A stretch of 64,000 nt of DNA from Octopus sinensis (Eukaryota): contig NC_043026.1 in NCBI RefSeq assembly GCF_006345805.1, forward strand, positions 2,976,001 through 3,040,000. The letters run 5' to 3'. The notes under the pieces were generated by a model, which worked only from the letters and a program-made list of their open reading frames with translations, searched no databases and was not told where the DNA came from. How positions within the stretch are numbered: the stretch's first letter is position 1; every line of letters starts with the position of its first letter. Shown piece by piece: positions 39,286 to 56,278 of this stretch. The translations under genes and the position numbers were made by a program.

Positions 39286-39725
39286 TATAAGTGTGTGCAT
39301 GTAGATGGACATGTGTGCTTCTCCTGGCTTCATATTCTGCACTCAAATTGAAGCTGTCCTCCTTTTCAAATCAATAAAACAAGTACCAATTGATTGGTAT
39401 AACAAATAGCTAACAGCCCCACTCAAAAAGGTTTTCAGATCTTGTGCTTGTAGTAGAAAGAATTATATTAAATATGTGCATTTGTTTGTTTTATATCCAT
39501 TTTAAATGCCAGCATGGATTAGATGGATACTTCTTTGAGACAGTATTTTATGGCCAGATATCTTTCTTATAATAATCTTGATTGGTTTTACAAGTGAGTG
39601 ATATTTTTATACTTTTACTTTGAGAGTAAAGACTCTTTACATGACCAATATTCACTAGGAATGTAAACACCACAGCTCTGGCAAGCTCACACAAAGAAGT
39701 GGAAATGACAGCTTCACACAAGCAT

Positions 39726-39758
<33 letters not shown>

Positions 39759-39910
39759 GGGATTTGATGCCATTTCTCTCTTCCATTTACATTCACAGGG
39801 CATCGGTTGGTCTGAGGCAGAAGTGGAAGACACTTGCTCAAAATGCTACACAAGAAGACTGTTCTTAAGATGGTGCAAAGCAAACTTCTTAACCACACTG
39901 CTATGCTCAC

Positions 39911-39979
<69 letters not shown>

Positions 39980-39986
39980 TTGTCTA

Positions 39987-40018
<32 letters not shown>

Positions 40019-40259
40019 TCTATCAATCATGTTTTACTTGTTTCAGTCATTTGACTCAAAATATCAAGGAATGAGAGTTGCTCTTTGCTGTACTCCATTG
40101 TAAACTGAATATTTAGATTTATTCTATTGAGAAGATTTAAACTCAAATAGTTTGTCAATATTCTCATTCCGAATAATAAATCATCTACAACAGGACTTAG
40201 TTCTAAATCTTGTGGTGCTTGGACATTGTTGTATATGTCTAGTGATTGTTTGTAGGCTT

Positions 40260-40700
40260 CACAGATAATAGCTGGCCCAGTGTGTTAAACCCACTGCTTA
40301 AGCAGTTTTCTAGACATCCTTCAGAAGCCCCTTTATAAAGAGACAATTATGGTTTCCTTCAAATTTGTGAACCTACAAACCAATATGCCACACAATATCC
40401 CAAGAGAGGTAATCAAATTCTGGCTGACAAATTATCCTGAAGAACTTCCAGAGGGCATGAACCAGGAACTTATTATTGAAACTTTAAAAATTTATCCTCC
40501 AGAACAATTACTTCCTATTCGATACAACCCACGACTGACAAAATGTGAAATGGCAATGGGAACACTAGCAGCCTCAGTTCTTGCAAACTTAATAATGGGA
40601 TATTCAGAACTATATATTAAGTATCACTGTATAAATATGGATTACCATTATATAAGAGAGAACTGGAAAAGATATCTAGATGACTCCTTTATTAGTTGGT
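40260..40700 (+). mobile_element. Penelope-like element RT remnant
   Basis: MVSFKFVNLQTNMP...MAMGTLAASVLANLIMG...WKRYLDDSF matches the PLE RT pattern VSFDV.SLYTNIP / G.AMG...AP..ANL.M / W.RY.DD. Confidence 0.7.
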
Positions 40701-41840
40701 ACTCATTCTATCGGTATCTTTGGCCAAACTGTTAAGTTACAGGGATGTAAAAATATAAACACCTATTGTAAAGCAGTGTTGGAGGAAAGGGTGTTAGGAA
40801 GGACATCTAGCTGTAGAAAACCATGCCAAATCAGCTTGGAGTCTGGTGCAGCCTTCCAGCTTACCAAGCTAGTCAAACCGTCCAACCCATGCCAGCATGG
40901 ACAACGGATGTTAAATGATGTTGGTATATATATATATATAGAGGTATAAAAATTATATATAAAGAAACAAGAACGTGAAATACACAAAGGGACGAACACA
41001 GAGAACAGACGGGTCATTTGAAGCCTTTAATCTTTAGTCAGAAACCGGATCATCATAGCAAATTTCGGCTGATTAATTCTGATATTTGCTCCGACGCGGC
41101 CAGCCCCAATGAAAAACTAAGCTGTGAGAATTAGATTTCTTGGAAAAAAGAACGAATACTCACACACCCACATATATATACATATATGTATATGATAATT
41201 ATTTGAGGGAATATTAATCCAAACTTCCAGGGAAAAAAATTCAATTTAGAAATACTAAATCAAATTTCATACAATATAATATATATATATAAAAAATTAG
41301 AAAAAAAAAACACCTTCAAAATGAACAATTAAATTACACCATCTAGAAAATTACATATGATAGAAATATTAAGATTTAAATAACAATAAAATACCAATGA
41401 TTAAGTAACTTGCAAAAAAAATAATAAAAACGTACATAATTGGTACTCATTATATATATATGATGCGCTTCCTTCTGTTTCCAGTTTGTGTCTAGTAAAT
41501 CCACTCACAAGGCTTTAGGCTAATACGAGGCACTTCCCAAAGATGCCATGCCTGTGACTTTATACACATATTATATATACACACATACATACAAAAATAT
41601 ATACATAAATATACATATACATAATTATATATATATATATATATATATTTATAACTGTACATATACATATGCATATATAAATATATATATACATACATAT
41701 ATGTATATATATATACATTTATATAAAGTCTTTAATGTTTCGAGCCTATGCTCTTACACGGAAAGGAACACAGAAAGAAACAATGAGAGAAAATAAAGAA
41801 TGTGTAGTGGCTAGTGATCTATCATGATACATATACATAC

Positions 41841-41873
<33 letters not shown>

Positions 41874-41899
41874 AATATACATATACATACGTATATATA

Positions 41900-44800
41900 T
41901 ATATATACATACACACATACATACACACATACATACGCACATACATACACACACACTCACACACACACACCGCACGTACATACTTCACACACACACACAT
42001 GCACACATACATGTAGGCACACACATATCATATACCCACACATGCACACCCTTACACTGAATGTACACACACATACACCTTTTGCATCCACCAGGCAGCC
42101 CCCACCCCTCTTTTCTCTGCTTTCCGGTTTTGGCTGATGGATCCTCGGTTCCCGCGTAGCGGGTCGTTCGAGGGCCTTTGCGCTCGCGCGCGCCTTGGCG
42201 TGCGCTGGGGGCTTGGTCGGCCCATGGCTTCCGTTGTATTGCTTGTGTGTTGTGTGCGTGAGCGCGCTTCGTGTGTGTGGGCTTGCTTCGGGTGTGCGCT
42301 GCCGTATGTATGCATACATACCCACACACTCGCATGCATCCCTACCCACCCACATACTACACGCACCCTACTCACACACACACATACACACACACACACA
42401 CACATACCCGCACACACACACACATACATACATACACACACATACCTACTCAGACATACACACAACACAGACATACACCCATACACTCACACGCATACAC
42501 ACCACATACACAGCACACGTACACATACACACACACACAACACCCTACATACATACCTTACACTTGTACACACACACACTTCATACACACACACACCCTA
42601 CACACAGCCATACCCTCACTCAGACACACACACCTACCTACACACACACAAACACACACAGACACACACCCATACATACATACATCTACCCACACACGCC
42701 TACACACATACATACACACATACATAAACACACACACATACACATACACACACATACGCACACACACATATACTTATACACATGCACACACACACACACA
42801 CACATACATACATACCCCCATACACATACACACACATACCTACATACTCCTATATACGCCATACATACATACACACAGACATACACACATACACACTCAC
42901 ACAAACATACACACACACATACTACGTACACAACACATCGCCTGCACGCGCACACACATGCATGACAAACACCCATACACTCACACTCACATACGCACAC
43001 ACCAACATAAACATGCACACGCACACACACACCTACACTCCCACACACATACATACGCACCTACATACACACACTACGCCATACACACGCACACACACTA
43101 CATTACACACGTACACACACACCTACATACACATGCATACACACACACACAAACATGCACGACACACCCAGACATACATACATACACCTATACACACACG
43201 CCCCACACACCTACATACACAACATACATACACACCCATACACGGACACACCCATACATACTTACATACATACACCTATACACACACGCCTACACACCTA
43301 CATACACACACATGCATACACACACACACCTGTACGCACATACACACACACATATACGCACATACATATATACCCACACACATGCACACACACCACATAC
43401 GCCACATGCATGCATCCACACACACGCGCACACCTACACGCATACACACACACACACACGCACGTACCATCATACATACACACACAACATACATACACCC
43501 ATACACATACATGCATCCTACCACACATACATACACACTCACACATACATACACACACACACACTCACTCACACACCTGTATGTACGCGCACACACATGC
43601 ACATACACACACTTCCACCACACACCCACACGTACATACATACACACTCATACACATACACACACACACACACGGACATACATCTATGCATACACAAAAA
43701 TACACACATACTCACATACATTCATCGGACACACTGACACCCAGACATACACACAGACACACTCACACATCCACACACATACATACTTACGCACACACTC
43801 GCAGGCGCGCGCACACACGCGCTTGCGCCGGTTCGTGCACGCATACGCGCATGCATGCACCTCGCTCTTGGACCCGACGAGACCTCCCGCTCGTTCCTGG
43901 AGCCGTCGCCTGTCCTTGGGTTCTCCCACGCCCGTCTCCGCGGGACCACTCTTCCATCTTCCCCTCAGCTGGAGTCCTTTTTCCTTAACCCCCCCCCTTT
44001 TTTTGTTACACACACGCGCACACATACATACACCCACTCACACACACATTGCTTAAATATATACATTACTCTTACACACACTTCAAATCTACTCGCCATT
44101 AATACAACCACGACACTGGACACACACACACACTACTACTCAACACACGCTGGCACGTTACATACGCCCCCACCCCTTCCCCTCCCTCCCTTCCTCCTTC
44201 CTTCATTTTCTTTTACTACTGACCACTGTCTGCTGCCTACTACTGTTCGCCCTACCTCACACGCCTACACACAGGACGCACACACTAACATATACATATA
44301 TTTTTGTTTTTTTATCTCGCCTCACACACACATACACACACACACACGCACACGCACACACTCACACATACACACACATCTGTTGCGTTACCAACCTTGT
44401 CTCCACTCTTTTGGCTTTAAAAAACCTACTTTGCTCTTGTTATCGTAAACTTCCGCCTTTCACCATGTGTACTTCGTAAACACCAGTCGTTTTTTTTTCT
44501 CCATCTCTTGTTTGCCCACTTTGGGATCTTTCTNNNNNNNNNNNNNNNNNNNNNNNNNNNNNNNNNNNNNNNNNNNNNNNNNNNNNNNNNNNNNNNNNNN
44601 NNNNNNNNNNNNNNNNNNNNNNNNNNNNNNNNNCACACACACAGTCTCGCCCACACCCACACACACACAAACATTTCCCCCACCCCAAACACACACCCCC
44701 CCCCACACACACACCTTCCCCCACACACACACACACATTTCCCCCCCACACACACACACATTCCCCCCCCCCCACACACACACATTCCTTCCCCCCAACA

Positions 44801-44900
44801 CACACACACATCCCCCCCCCCACACCACCTTTCACCCACACACACATTTCACACACACACCCCAACACACACACACACACAGACACTATAATACAATATA
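41900..44900. repeat. Degenerate (CA)-rich tract around the assembly gap
   Basis: Noisy CA repeats, probably low-quality consensus. Confidence 0.85.
44534..44633. other. Assembly gap (100 N)
   Basis: Seen directly in sequence. Confidence 1.
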
Positions 44901-45279
44901 TATGTCCGTATCACGTACGAAGATATGTATAAACGTCTATACCTATGTACGTACGTCTGTAAGTATAAATGTCAGCCTGAACGTAGGTACGGACATAGAT
45001 AATAATCACGTATGCATTTGTATCCGGCCATATGTGGCCCCCTCGCCTGAGTAGCTCCGTTTTCTTTCTAAAATAAATTCATAAATACATAAAAGCTCTT
45101 CGTTCACAAAATATAAAGTTTCCATTTGTTTCTTTCCGTTTCCATGTTTTCCTACCAATTTTATGATTCAAAAATATATTTTAGATAACTTATTTATCAA
45201 ACAAATTGGGAGGACGACGTCCCAGGAAGGAGCAGACGACACAACAGGGGGGGGGCATCATGCAGTAAATAACCTCTAT

Positions 45280-45556
45280 TTCTCTCTCTCACTCTTTCTC
45301 TCTCACTCTCTATCGCTCACTCTCTATCGTTCACTCTCTATCGCTCACTCTCTATCTCTCACTCTCTCTCTTTTTCTCTGTCTCATTCTCACTCTCTCTC
45401 TTTTTCTCTCCCCCTCTCTCTCCCTCTCTATCGATCACTCGCTCTCTCTCTCTCACTGTCTATCTCTCTCTCTCTTTTTCTCTCTGTCTCAATTTCACTG
45501 TCTCTCCCTCCCTCTCTATTCTCACTCTCTATCGTTCACTCTCTATCGATCACTCA

Positions 45557-45588
<32 letters not shown>

Positions 45589-45745
45589 CTCTCTCTGTCT
45601 TTTTCTCTCTGTCTCAATTTCACTCTCTCTCTCCCTCTCTATCTCTCCCTCTCTATCGTTCACTCTCTATCGATCACTCTCTCTCTCTCACTACCTCTTT
45701 CACTCTCTCCCTCTCCCTCTTTCTCTATCTCTTTCTCGCTTTGTC
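45280..45745. repeat. Degenerate (CT)n tract
   Basis: Seen directly in sequence. Confidence 0.9.
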
Positions 45746-46304
45746 TGTCTGTCTTTCTCTGTCCATCCACCCATCCAGCCAGCCAGCTATTTTCTGTACG
45801 TATTTCTCGGTGTGTGTGTGTGTGTGTGTGTGTGTTGTATATGTGAGAGTGTGCATGTTGTGTTCTTGTGTATATCTGTGTTAGTGTGTTTGTGTATACG
45901 CGACTGTTGTGTTGTGTGTGTGTGTGTGTGTAGAAGTGGTGGGGAATCCTTGGAAAAATTTCATTGAAAGCAGACATAAAAAGAGAAAGAAGCTAACGGT
46001 CCCTTTGCACGGCTCTTCGAACATGCTAGACATAGCAGCCAAATCTGGCACAAACCATATTCTGCAATCTTATGAATGCATGAGCCAACGAGTGGGTCCT
46101 CTTGATAGACGGTAAACGGGGTAGAAATGGTAGCTAAATCTCCCTCAAATCACATTCCATTGTCTTATGCATGCATGAGCCAACGAAGGGGCCATCTTCA
46201 TGCAGGGTAAACGGAGTAGAAATAGCAAGCAAACCTCCCTCAAATCATATACTAACATCTTAATAAACAAATGAGGCATTCGATATTTATATGATACGAT
46301 GTAT

Positions 46305-46324
46305 GAAATAATAACAATAATAAC

Positions 46325-46383
<59 letters not shown>

Positions 46384-46453
46384 TAATAATAACAACAACA
46401 ACAACAACAACAATAACAATAATAATAACAATAATAATAATAATAATAACAAC

Positions 46454-46488
<35 letters not shown>

Positions 46489-46792
46489 TAAAATAACAAC
46501 AACAACAAAAACAACAATAACAATAATAATAACAATAATAATAAAATAATAATAATAATAATAATAACAACCCATAATAATAATAATAATAACCATAATA
46601 TAACAACAACAACAACAACAACAACAACAATAATAATAATAATAATAACAACACAATAACAACAACAACAATAATAATAATAATAATAATAACAATAATA
46701 ATAACAACAACACCACCTATAATAATAATAATAATAATAATAATAACACCACCTATAACAATAATAATAATAACAACAACAACAACAACAAC

Positions 46793-46857
<65 letters not shown>

Positions 46858-46872
46858 TGATAATGATAATAA
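46305..46872. repeat. (AAT/AAC)n microsatellite
   Basis: Seen directly in sequence. Confidence 0.95.
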
Positions 46873-46989
46873 TTGTTCCCAGCTGAATCACTGCCTTTGA
46901 TGAAACGTCTGTCAAATTTAGCCACATTTGGTTGAACAACAATTATATGAAGTAAAATAATGTAGGAAAATACTTTGTACACTCACTCA

Positions 46990-47265
46990 GTGACACTCTT
47001 AAACCTAAGCTGAGTTTTAAAAATGACATAAAGACATCGTTGAAGAAAGGTAATATTTTGGAAAAGGACTGGGAAGAAACAATAATTGATCGGGCAAGAT
47101 GGAGGACTCGAAGAAATCATGAACAGTTGAAGAGGGATGCTGGAAAGGGTGGAAACGTGATCTTTCCAGGAGATTTGGGTAACCAGGGTGAGCTGAGATC
47201 CGATGAATGTGGAAGAGCTTGCTTCAGCAGAACGGAACTGAAATTTTCACAAAAGAAGCCGTGTT
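46990..47265 (+). mobile_element. RTE LINE C-terminal remnant
   Basis: KDWEETIIDRARWR...DECGRACFSRTEL resembles the RTE C-terminus with its Zn-finger-like tail. Confidence 0.5.
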
Positions 47266-47684
47266 CAGAGACTCGTTGTACATGGCTTCTTTTTTTCTGA
47301 AGCAACACCCCTAGTAATTTTAGTCAAGTGCCATCACTGACGGAGAATTCACTTGGACTGCGCCATACACAGCAAAACAACTTGCCATGGATGTTGCAAG
47401 GTTTTCCAATCAGCTGTGGGCTTGAAACGAAACGTGAAAGTGTGAGATGACCAACAAGGGACTCCTGTCTGGGACAACATCTGAGCCAAGTCACACTCCT
47501 GCTACTCACACATGAGAACCATTCCGAAAAGCTTCAAACGATGGCTACACTCGAGAATGAAATAGCGGCCGTTAAATGTGTATCTTTTGTTTTTTTTATT
47601 TATCTCTTTTACTTGTTTCAGTGATTGTCAAGCGCTCGTGAGACACACACACACACACACCACACACACACACACACACATCAA

Positions 47685-48428
47685 TGGCGACTCTGTCACT
47701 CGGGCTTAGCCCGAGTATAAATTTAATAAAGTGAACGTGTATTTGCAAGCTGATTTAATTTCTGCCAACACTGACTTCAAGTATGTAATTGCAGACAATA
47801 ACTTGGGCTCCTTTTATTGAGTCTGGTCGCAGTTCATTTATTTTCGTTCAGCCTGTGGCAATTGTCTAAGAGGTGCTCAGTGTCAAAAAATATCATTCGT
47901 AGCAGACGTTCTCTCAACTTCGTTCACACGCGCCTGACTCGGGCTCAGAAGTTACATAATCGTAAAAATTAAAAGTAATTCAAATTCAATGTTTTCTTGA
48001 AACAATTTTTTTCTATAGAGATTAGGATTTAAATTCCAATTTATGAAAAGTTTCTTAAAGGAACGAAAATTATCCAGCAACTCAGGCTAATACGAACGAG
48101 CCTGGTAGGTGTAAAAGACTAACTGGTATCTCGTGTCAAGAGCACAGGCGACAGTCAGATTGCTGGTGTTTGTTGTGCACTTTGCTGTCGTTATTTCATT
48201 GCTGTTATTCTGTGCTTCTGTGTATAAAGATCAGTTGTGTTTTGAAGGGTTGCTTTTTTTTTATCCTTAACTTAGAAATGGAGTAAAACATAGTGCTAGA
48301 TATACAAAAAAGATAAGCCATTTGGGGCTAGAAATATTGCGGAAAAACGTGAAATTCATCGAGCAGGCGTGTATCTTATGCAAAATCTATGATGAGCCCG
48401 AGTGACGTTGACGGCCTGGAGTCGCCTC
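47685..48428. mobile_element. Non-autonomous DNA transposon or MITE (possibly Sola-like)
   Basis: Inverted termini ggcgactc..gtcactcgggct / agcccgagtgac...gagtcgcctc. Confidence 0.5.
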
Positions 48429-48437
48429 ATATATATA

Positions 48438-49252
48438 CAGGTCGTCGTGGACTTACGACTACAATTGGTTCCGACTGACTGGTCGTAAGTCGACTTGGTC
48501 GTAAGCCGGTCTATAGGCCTACATAGCTTTGTTTTATATTTTTACATTCCTAAGGGACATTCGCAGGTAGAAGTCACACACAGCATTCTGTATTACACTA
48601 CAACAATACTACAACAGCCTTCGACTGCACAGTAAAACGACTTAACGGTGTCCGTTGTTGGATCTGATCGTCAATCCAAATTCGTAGCAATTTTTCCATT
48701 TTGTGGACGGCCCCAGTCCGCTGCTTTGTCATAACTGTAGATCGCATGGGTGCTGAACCTTTCACAGCTTCACGAATCCTTTCTTTATCCTTCAAAATTG
48801 TCGAAACAATGGAGTGCGATAACTTCAGTTCACATTCGATTTCATTCACTTTCCTCCTTCGTGCTGTCTTGTCACCATCATTTTTGTGTCGAGGTCGATG
48901 GCCGTTCTTTGCTTCTTGGCAGTTTGAGGAGCAGATGAAGACAATTTCCTCTTTGTAGACATTTTAGGGGATATTTCCTGAAAAAATATCAAAGCAAGAC
49001 ACACAGTGTCATTAGAAGAGATGCACTCTATCGAGCCTGGCGTTAGTAAAAAATTTCGGAGTCTCAAGCAGTCATCTTATAAACAAATGAGATTGCCTCG
49101 ATGTCTTTGCGACAGGATATTCAAGCAACACTTGGGACAGGAAACCAGTGGCGATCGATAACCAAACCTAAAGTAAGCATTTGTTAGCTGACGCCAATCA
49201 TCGTAAAGTCGATCGGGCGTAATCGGATAGGTGGTAAGTCGACGACAAGCTG
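48438..49252 (-). mobile_element. Tigger/pogo element, internally deleted
   Basis: TA-flanked imperfect TIRs (caggtcgtcgtggacttacgac / ggtaagtcgacgacaagctg). CENP-B-type HTH KKQRTAIDLDTKM...STILKDKERIREAVK...MEKLLRIWIDDQ. Confidence 0.85.
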
Positions 49253-49415
49253 TATATATACGACGGGCTTCTTTCAGTTTCCGTCTCTCAGATCCACTTA
49301 CAAGGCTTTGATCAGCCCAAGGCTATAGTTAACACTTGCCCAAGGTGCCACGCAGTGGGACTGAACCCGGAACCATGTGGTTGTGAAATTAGCTTCTTAC
49401 CGACAAAGCCACGTC
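49253..49415 (-). mobile_element. SINE family A 5' half
   Basis: Matches the family consensus. Confidence 0.85.
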
Positions 49416-49629
49416 GGCATGTCTATCTATATAACAGTAATTTTATACAATTCTGCATAATTCTATACAGAATGCTTGCATATTAATATTCCTAAAAGCC
49501 GTTGCAGCCATACATGGTGGCTTCTGCTTGGTTTCAAAACTGGATCTGGTTAATGTGTGAATTAAGGTACTGGCGCATAACTGTCACTGATCAGATGTAT
49601 GTATGTATGTATGTATGTATGTATGTATG

Positions 49630-49663
<34 letters not shown>

Positions 49664-50349
49664 TGTATGTATGCATGCATGTATGTATGTATGTATGTAT
49701 GTATGTATGTGTGTGTGTATGTATGTATGTATGTATGTATGTATGTATGTATGTTTGTATGTATGTATGTATGTATGCATATATGTATGTATGTATGTGT
49801 GTATGTATGTATGTATGTATGTATGTATATGCGTGCGTGCGTGCGTGTGTGTGATGCATTTCTGTGAAATCATATATCCCGAGCTTAGTTAGTGGTAACA
49901 TTTAATGTAAAAGGTGTTTAAAAAAATAGCTGGAAATAAACAGACACATAACAAGATGGATAAACAGGCTAACAGATAGAGAGGCAAGTAGGCAGGCAAG
50001 TAATTAAGTTGGTAGGTAGATAGAGAGGCAAATAGGTAGATAGGTGAGTAGGGGTAAGAAGGCACACGTTTTCGACCGTCTTCAATAACAAGATATGTTT
50101 CAGGTGAATGAGAAAACAATTCGCAAGATCAAAACCACGTATGATATCTTTGGTATTTTCTCGGTAATAGATTTTTTTCTGTTCTCTCTATACACAAACC
50201 TAATGAGGAGGTTTAATAAAGGAACAGATGTGTGTGTAAGCGCGCGCGTACATGTGTGTGCGTGTGTGTGTGTGTGTGCGTGTGTGTGTGTGTGTGTGGT
50301 GTGTGTGTGTGTGTGCTTGTAAATCTATATTTAAAAATAGCTGTGTGTT

Positions 50350-52522
<2,173 letters not shown>

Positions 52523-52756
52523 ATATATATTCAACTAGATCGTCATGTTGAATCGCTGAACACCACACAGTTTTTCTCCAGTTTTTTCATTCTCTCTCCA
52601 TTTTTTTCCCTCTTATTCTTCTCTGTCGAAGAGAGTAGGCTCAAAATGTAAAAGACTTTACCATTTTTCCCGAGCATTAAACTAATACACCTGCTTGTTG
52701 TTCCTACACCTGTCTTTCTCTTTTCTTTTTCTATAAATTTGAACTACACACACACA

Positions 52757-53080
52757 GAAAGTTTTTTCTCAAAGGCTGTCATTACTTTCGAGACAGTACT
52801 TCTTGATACACCAAACATTTCGGCAGTTTTCGTTACGCTAGCGCCTGCCATACAAGCACCAACAATTTGACTTCTTTGAAAGTCTGATAGATCTGTCATT
52901 TTAATGAATTTTAATTAGCTTTTTCTGATGATATCTGAAAAGAAAGAGCAATTTTAGCAAAACATATTAAGCAACACTAATAATAAATCAAAACATATAA
53001 AAATAAACAAGCTTTTGACAGTTTTATAGATATTTCAAAATTATGATGCTAGGTGTTTCCATAATTTCGTCCAACCCCTG
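52757..53080 (-). mobile_element. Tc1-family 5' end fragment
   Basis: ta|caggggttggacgaaattatggaaacacc TIR; MTDLSDFQRSQIVGACMAGASVTKTAEMFGVSRSTVSKVM (paired-like HTH). Confidence 0.8.
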
Positions 53081-53329
53081 TAAATATATATGTATATTTA
53101 TATGTGTATCTTTGTGTCTCTGTTTGACCCCCATCATCACTTGACAACCGATGTTGGTGTGTTTATATCCCCAAAACTTACCAGTTTAGTAAAAGGGACC
53201 AATAGGATAAGTACTAGGTTTACAAAGAATAACTCCTGGGGTTGATTTCTTTGACTAAAAGAGGTGCTCCAGCATGACCACAGTCAAATGACTGAAATGT
53301 GTAAAAGAGTAAAAGAGTAATCCTTCAAT

Positions 53330-54060
53330 TTTCACAGCGCTCCATGATTTCCGGACCCACTCGCACAAAGAGTTGGCCTTTCAAACAAGCTGATGGTGTT
53401 AGGTCATGGTTTGTGGCTCTCATCCACTGATTCTTTCAATTAATGCCTGAAAAGGATTGCTGATTGATACATCCACTTGTTGTTAAACCACCAGGGATCA
53501 TTGCCATTTTCGTTTTCAATTTGTGCATCCTTTCTTTTGTTTTGTGGGCATGAAACTGGTCCCACACAAGAAGTGATGGTTTTTTAAGGACGCCACCAGA
53601 ATGCCTTGACCAGACCTTATCTAGCCATAACTTCACTCCCTCTTCATCCTTCAACCGCTTTGGATGGATGTGAACAAAAATTCCTCATGGCATTTTGTCT
53701 TTGGTGAACAGTGGTGGCAGTTTTGTTCCAACAGTACAACACAATAGTTCCACAGGAGAATGGGTTTTCTTATGTCCAGATGAACTGATGGTTTTGGACC
53801 CTTTAACATCTAATGTTCTATTTGATACCACATCAAACGTTAGTGACACCTCATCCATGTTTCCGACCCAATTCGTGGTCAGCCTCTTTTCTTGCACTGA
53901 TTATGAACCTGTGAAATTTGATTATTTTGTTATCATAGTCTTCAGGCATTTTTTGTGCTGTTCTTGTTTCCATTCTCGTTGCCAGTCCGTGCCTCTTCAT
54001 AAATCTGTAAAACCAGATGAAGATCATCCAGACCATGTTCTGCTTCCCTCGCTTTTCATT
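53330..54060 (-). mobile_element. pogo-family (DDE_1) transposase remnant
   Basis: WFYRFMKRHGL...AQKMP...GNMDEVSLTFD...GTKLPPL...LWLDKVW...SLLVWDQFHAH...IPGGLT; frameshifted. Confidence 0.85.
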
Positions 54061-55033
54061 CATTAAGAATCATTTTTATTGATACTGCAAGACCTGAATT
54101 TGTCTCTGCAACTATCCTCTCGTTTGGTGAGTGGACAATTGTGTTCAGTCTCTTTTCTAATAAACATTTCCTCAAATGGAGAAAAGCAGCAAAATCTAGG
54201 AGCTGGTTTTAAATCCTTGTGTACATGTGTAACCTCATGAGAATGCATCATTAACACAATAGGTTGAGCAACCGTAAGAGTTTGTTTAAATGATCTTCGG
54301 TGTCTGACAGAGTTATATCATTGAAAGTGGTCATGTCTTAGAAATATAAATGGACACATGTTAGGCACAACATACAACAGCAAAACATAATGAGATGTTT
54401 GACACATGGAGTTCCTTTGTGAAGCTTGCCAAGAAATCGGAAGTGTGACAGAACTATTCCCCTTATAATAATTCTGCTTGTCATTCCGTTACTTAGCCGA
54501 TCCGTAACACTTCCATGTAATTAGTTGAATCCTCATATTCCAATTTCCTTCACTTTCCAATGAGTAGCAGATGAGTGACTATCTTTTGATTCAGACACAA
54601 CACAAGCTACGGTTTCAGGCTTTTTGGATAAAGTTTTCAGGAATAACCCAATAGGCTTACCATTGATTCTGCGAAATATTCATAGGTTGAATGGTTTAAC
54701 AGGAGCTGGCAAGCCTGAGGACTGCACCAAGCTCTAATGTCTGCTTTGATATGGTTTCTATGGCTGGGTTCCCTTCTGAAAGCCAAGCACTTTACAGGGT
54801 GTGCTGGGTAGAGCTTACTTGGAATCAGTATTAATGAGATGACCGAGTAACTGAGGTGGGGTGGGAAATAGTAATGAGGGAGGTGGTTTTGTACCTGTTG
54901 AAGAGAGGTTAAAGTATAATAGAGGGACAGGAACAAGTGACTTCCTTTGGAGAAGATAAATGGCTGCTCCAGATGGAAAAGAGAGAATGGGGAGAAAAAA
55001 TAGGAAGAAAGATGATTATGACATTAATATATA

Positions 55034-55174
55034 GGCGCAGGAGTGGCTGTGTGGTAAGTAGCTTGTTTACCAACCACATGGGCAAGTGTCTTCTACTATA
55101 GCCCCGGGCCGACCAAAGCCTTGTGAGTGGATTTGGTAGACGGAAACTAAAAGAAGCCCGTTGTATAAATGTAT

Positions 55175-55254
<80 letters not shown>

Positions 55255-55457
55255 CTGTGTTTGTCCCCCTAGCATTGCTTGACAACCGATGCTGGTGTGT
55301 TTACGTCCCCGTTACTTAGCGGTTTGGCAAAAGAGACCGATAGAATAAGTACTGGGCTTACAAAAGAATAAGTCCCGGGGTCGATTTGCTCGACTAAAGG
55401 CGGTGCTCCAGCATGGCCGCAGTCAAATGACTGAAACAAGTAAAAGAGTAAAAGAGA
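55034..55457 (+). mobile_element. SINE family A (B-box region deleted)
   Basis: Matches the family consensus; jumps from accacatg to ggcaagtg. Confidence 0.9.
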
Positions 55458-55679
55458 GTATATGAGTGAGGTCCAGTCAGATGGTAGGGAGGATTGGAGA
55501 GGGTGAGTGGGCAGGAAGTTCGTGATAGTGAAAAGGGGGAGTGGGAGAAGGGGAGTGGGAGTGAGTGGTGAAGATGTGTTGAGGGGATGGAGACATAAGG
55601 AAAATGAGTTGTTGGGGAAATTGTCTGCAGGGCCATAGATGCTAATGGCCCGTCTTTAGGACTTCCTTTTTACTTAGAT

Positions 55680-56098
55680 GAACAGGTCTCCTCAAGCACA
55701 GCAAATTGTCTTTCGTTTCAGTGGAGCTCAACCTCTGAAGATACTATTTTGCCCCTTCACCCCATGTTTACCTGGTTCTCCCTCTTCCACAGGTAACTTA
55801 GTGATCAGCTCTTCCTTATGCAGCTGGCCTCATCCATATGCATTACGTTACCATACCAACAGTCTTCTCTCTTGCTCACAACATCTGATGTCTCTTGAAC
55901 CCAGTTTCTCTCTCAAACCATTTATACATTATTTTATAAGCACGCTAACACTACCCATCCAGCAGAGCATGCTGGTTTCATTTCTTTTAAGCCTCTCTAT
56001 GTCCTCTGTAGTCATGGCCCATGTCTCACTGCCATGTAGCATAGCTGTTTTCACACAGACATCATCACACAATCTGCCTCTCGCTCTGAGGGTGAGGC
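55680..56098 (-). mobile_element. RTE-clade LINE C-terminal remnant
   Basis: RARGRL...AMLHGSETWAMTTEDIERLKRNETSMLCWM...LREKLG. Confidence 0.7.
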
Positions 56099-56278
56099 TT
56101 CAAGGTCAGCTACTGGTCTTACGAGTTATCTCAGAGCACACAAATGTAAGAAAGTTATCAAGATGATGTAGATTAATTGAGACGGTAATCATCTCTATAT
56201 CAATATCTTATCTATTTATCTATATGCTTGCGTGTATATATATGTATATATGTATATTTGAATACATATATGTATATA

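Noticed and set aside
42100-44533. GC-rich patches and long ORFs in the CA tract
   Set aside because: Adjacent to the gap and consistent with noisy read consensus; no motifs.
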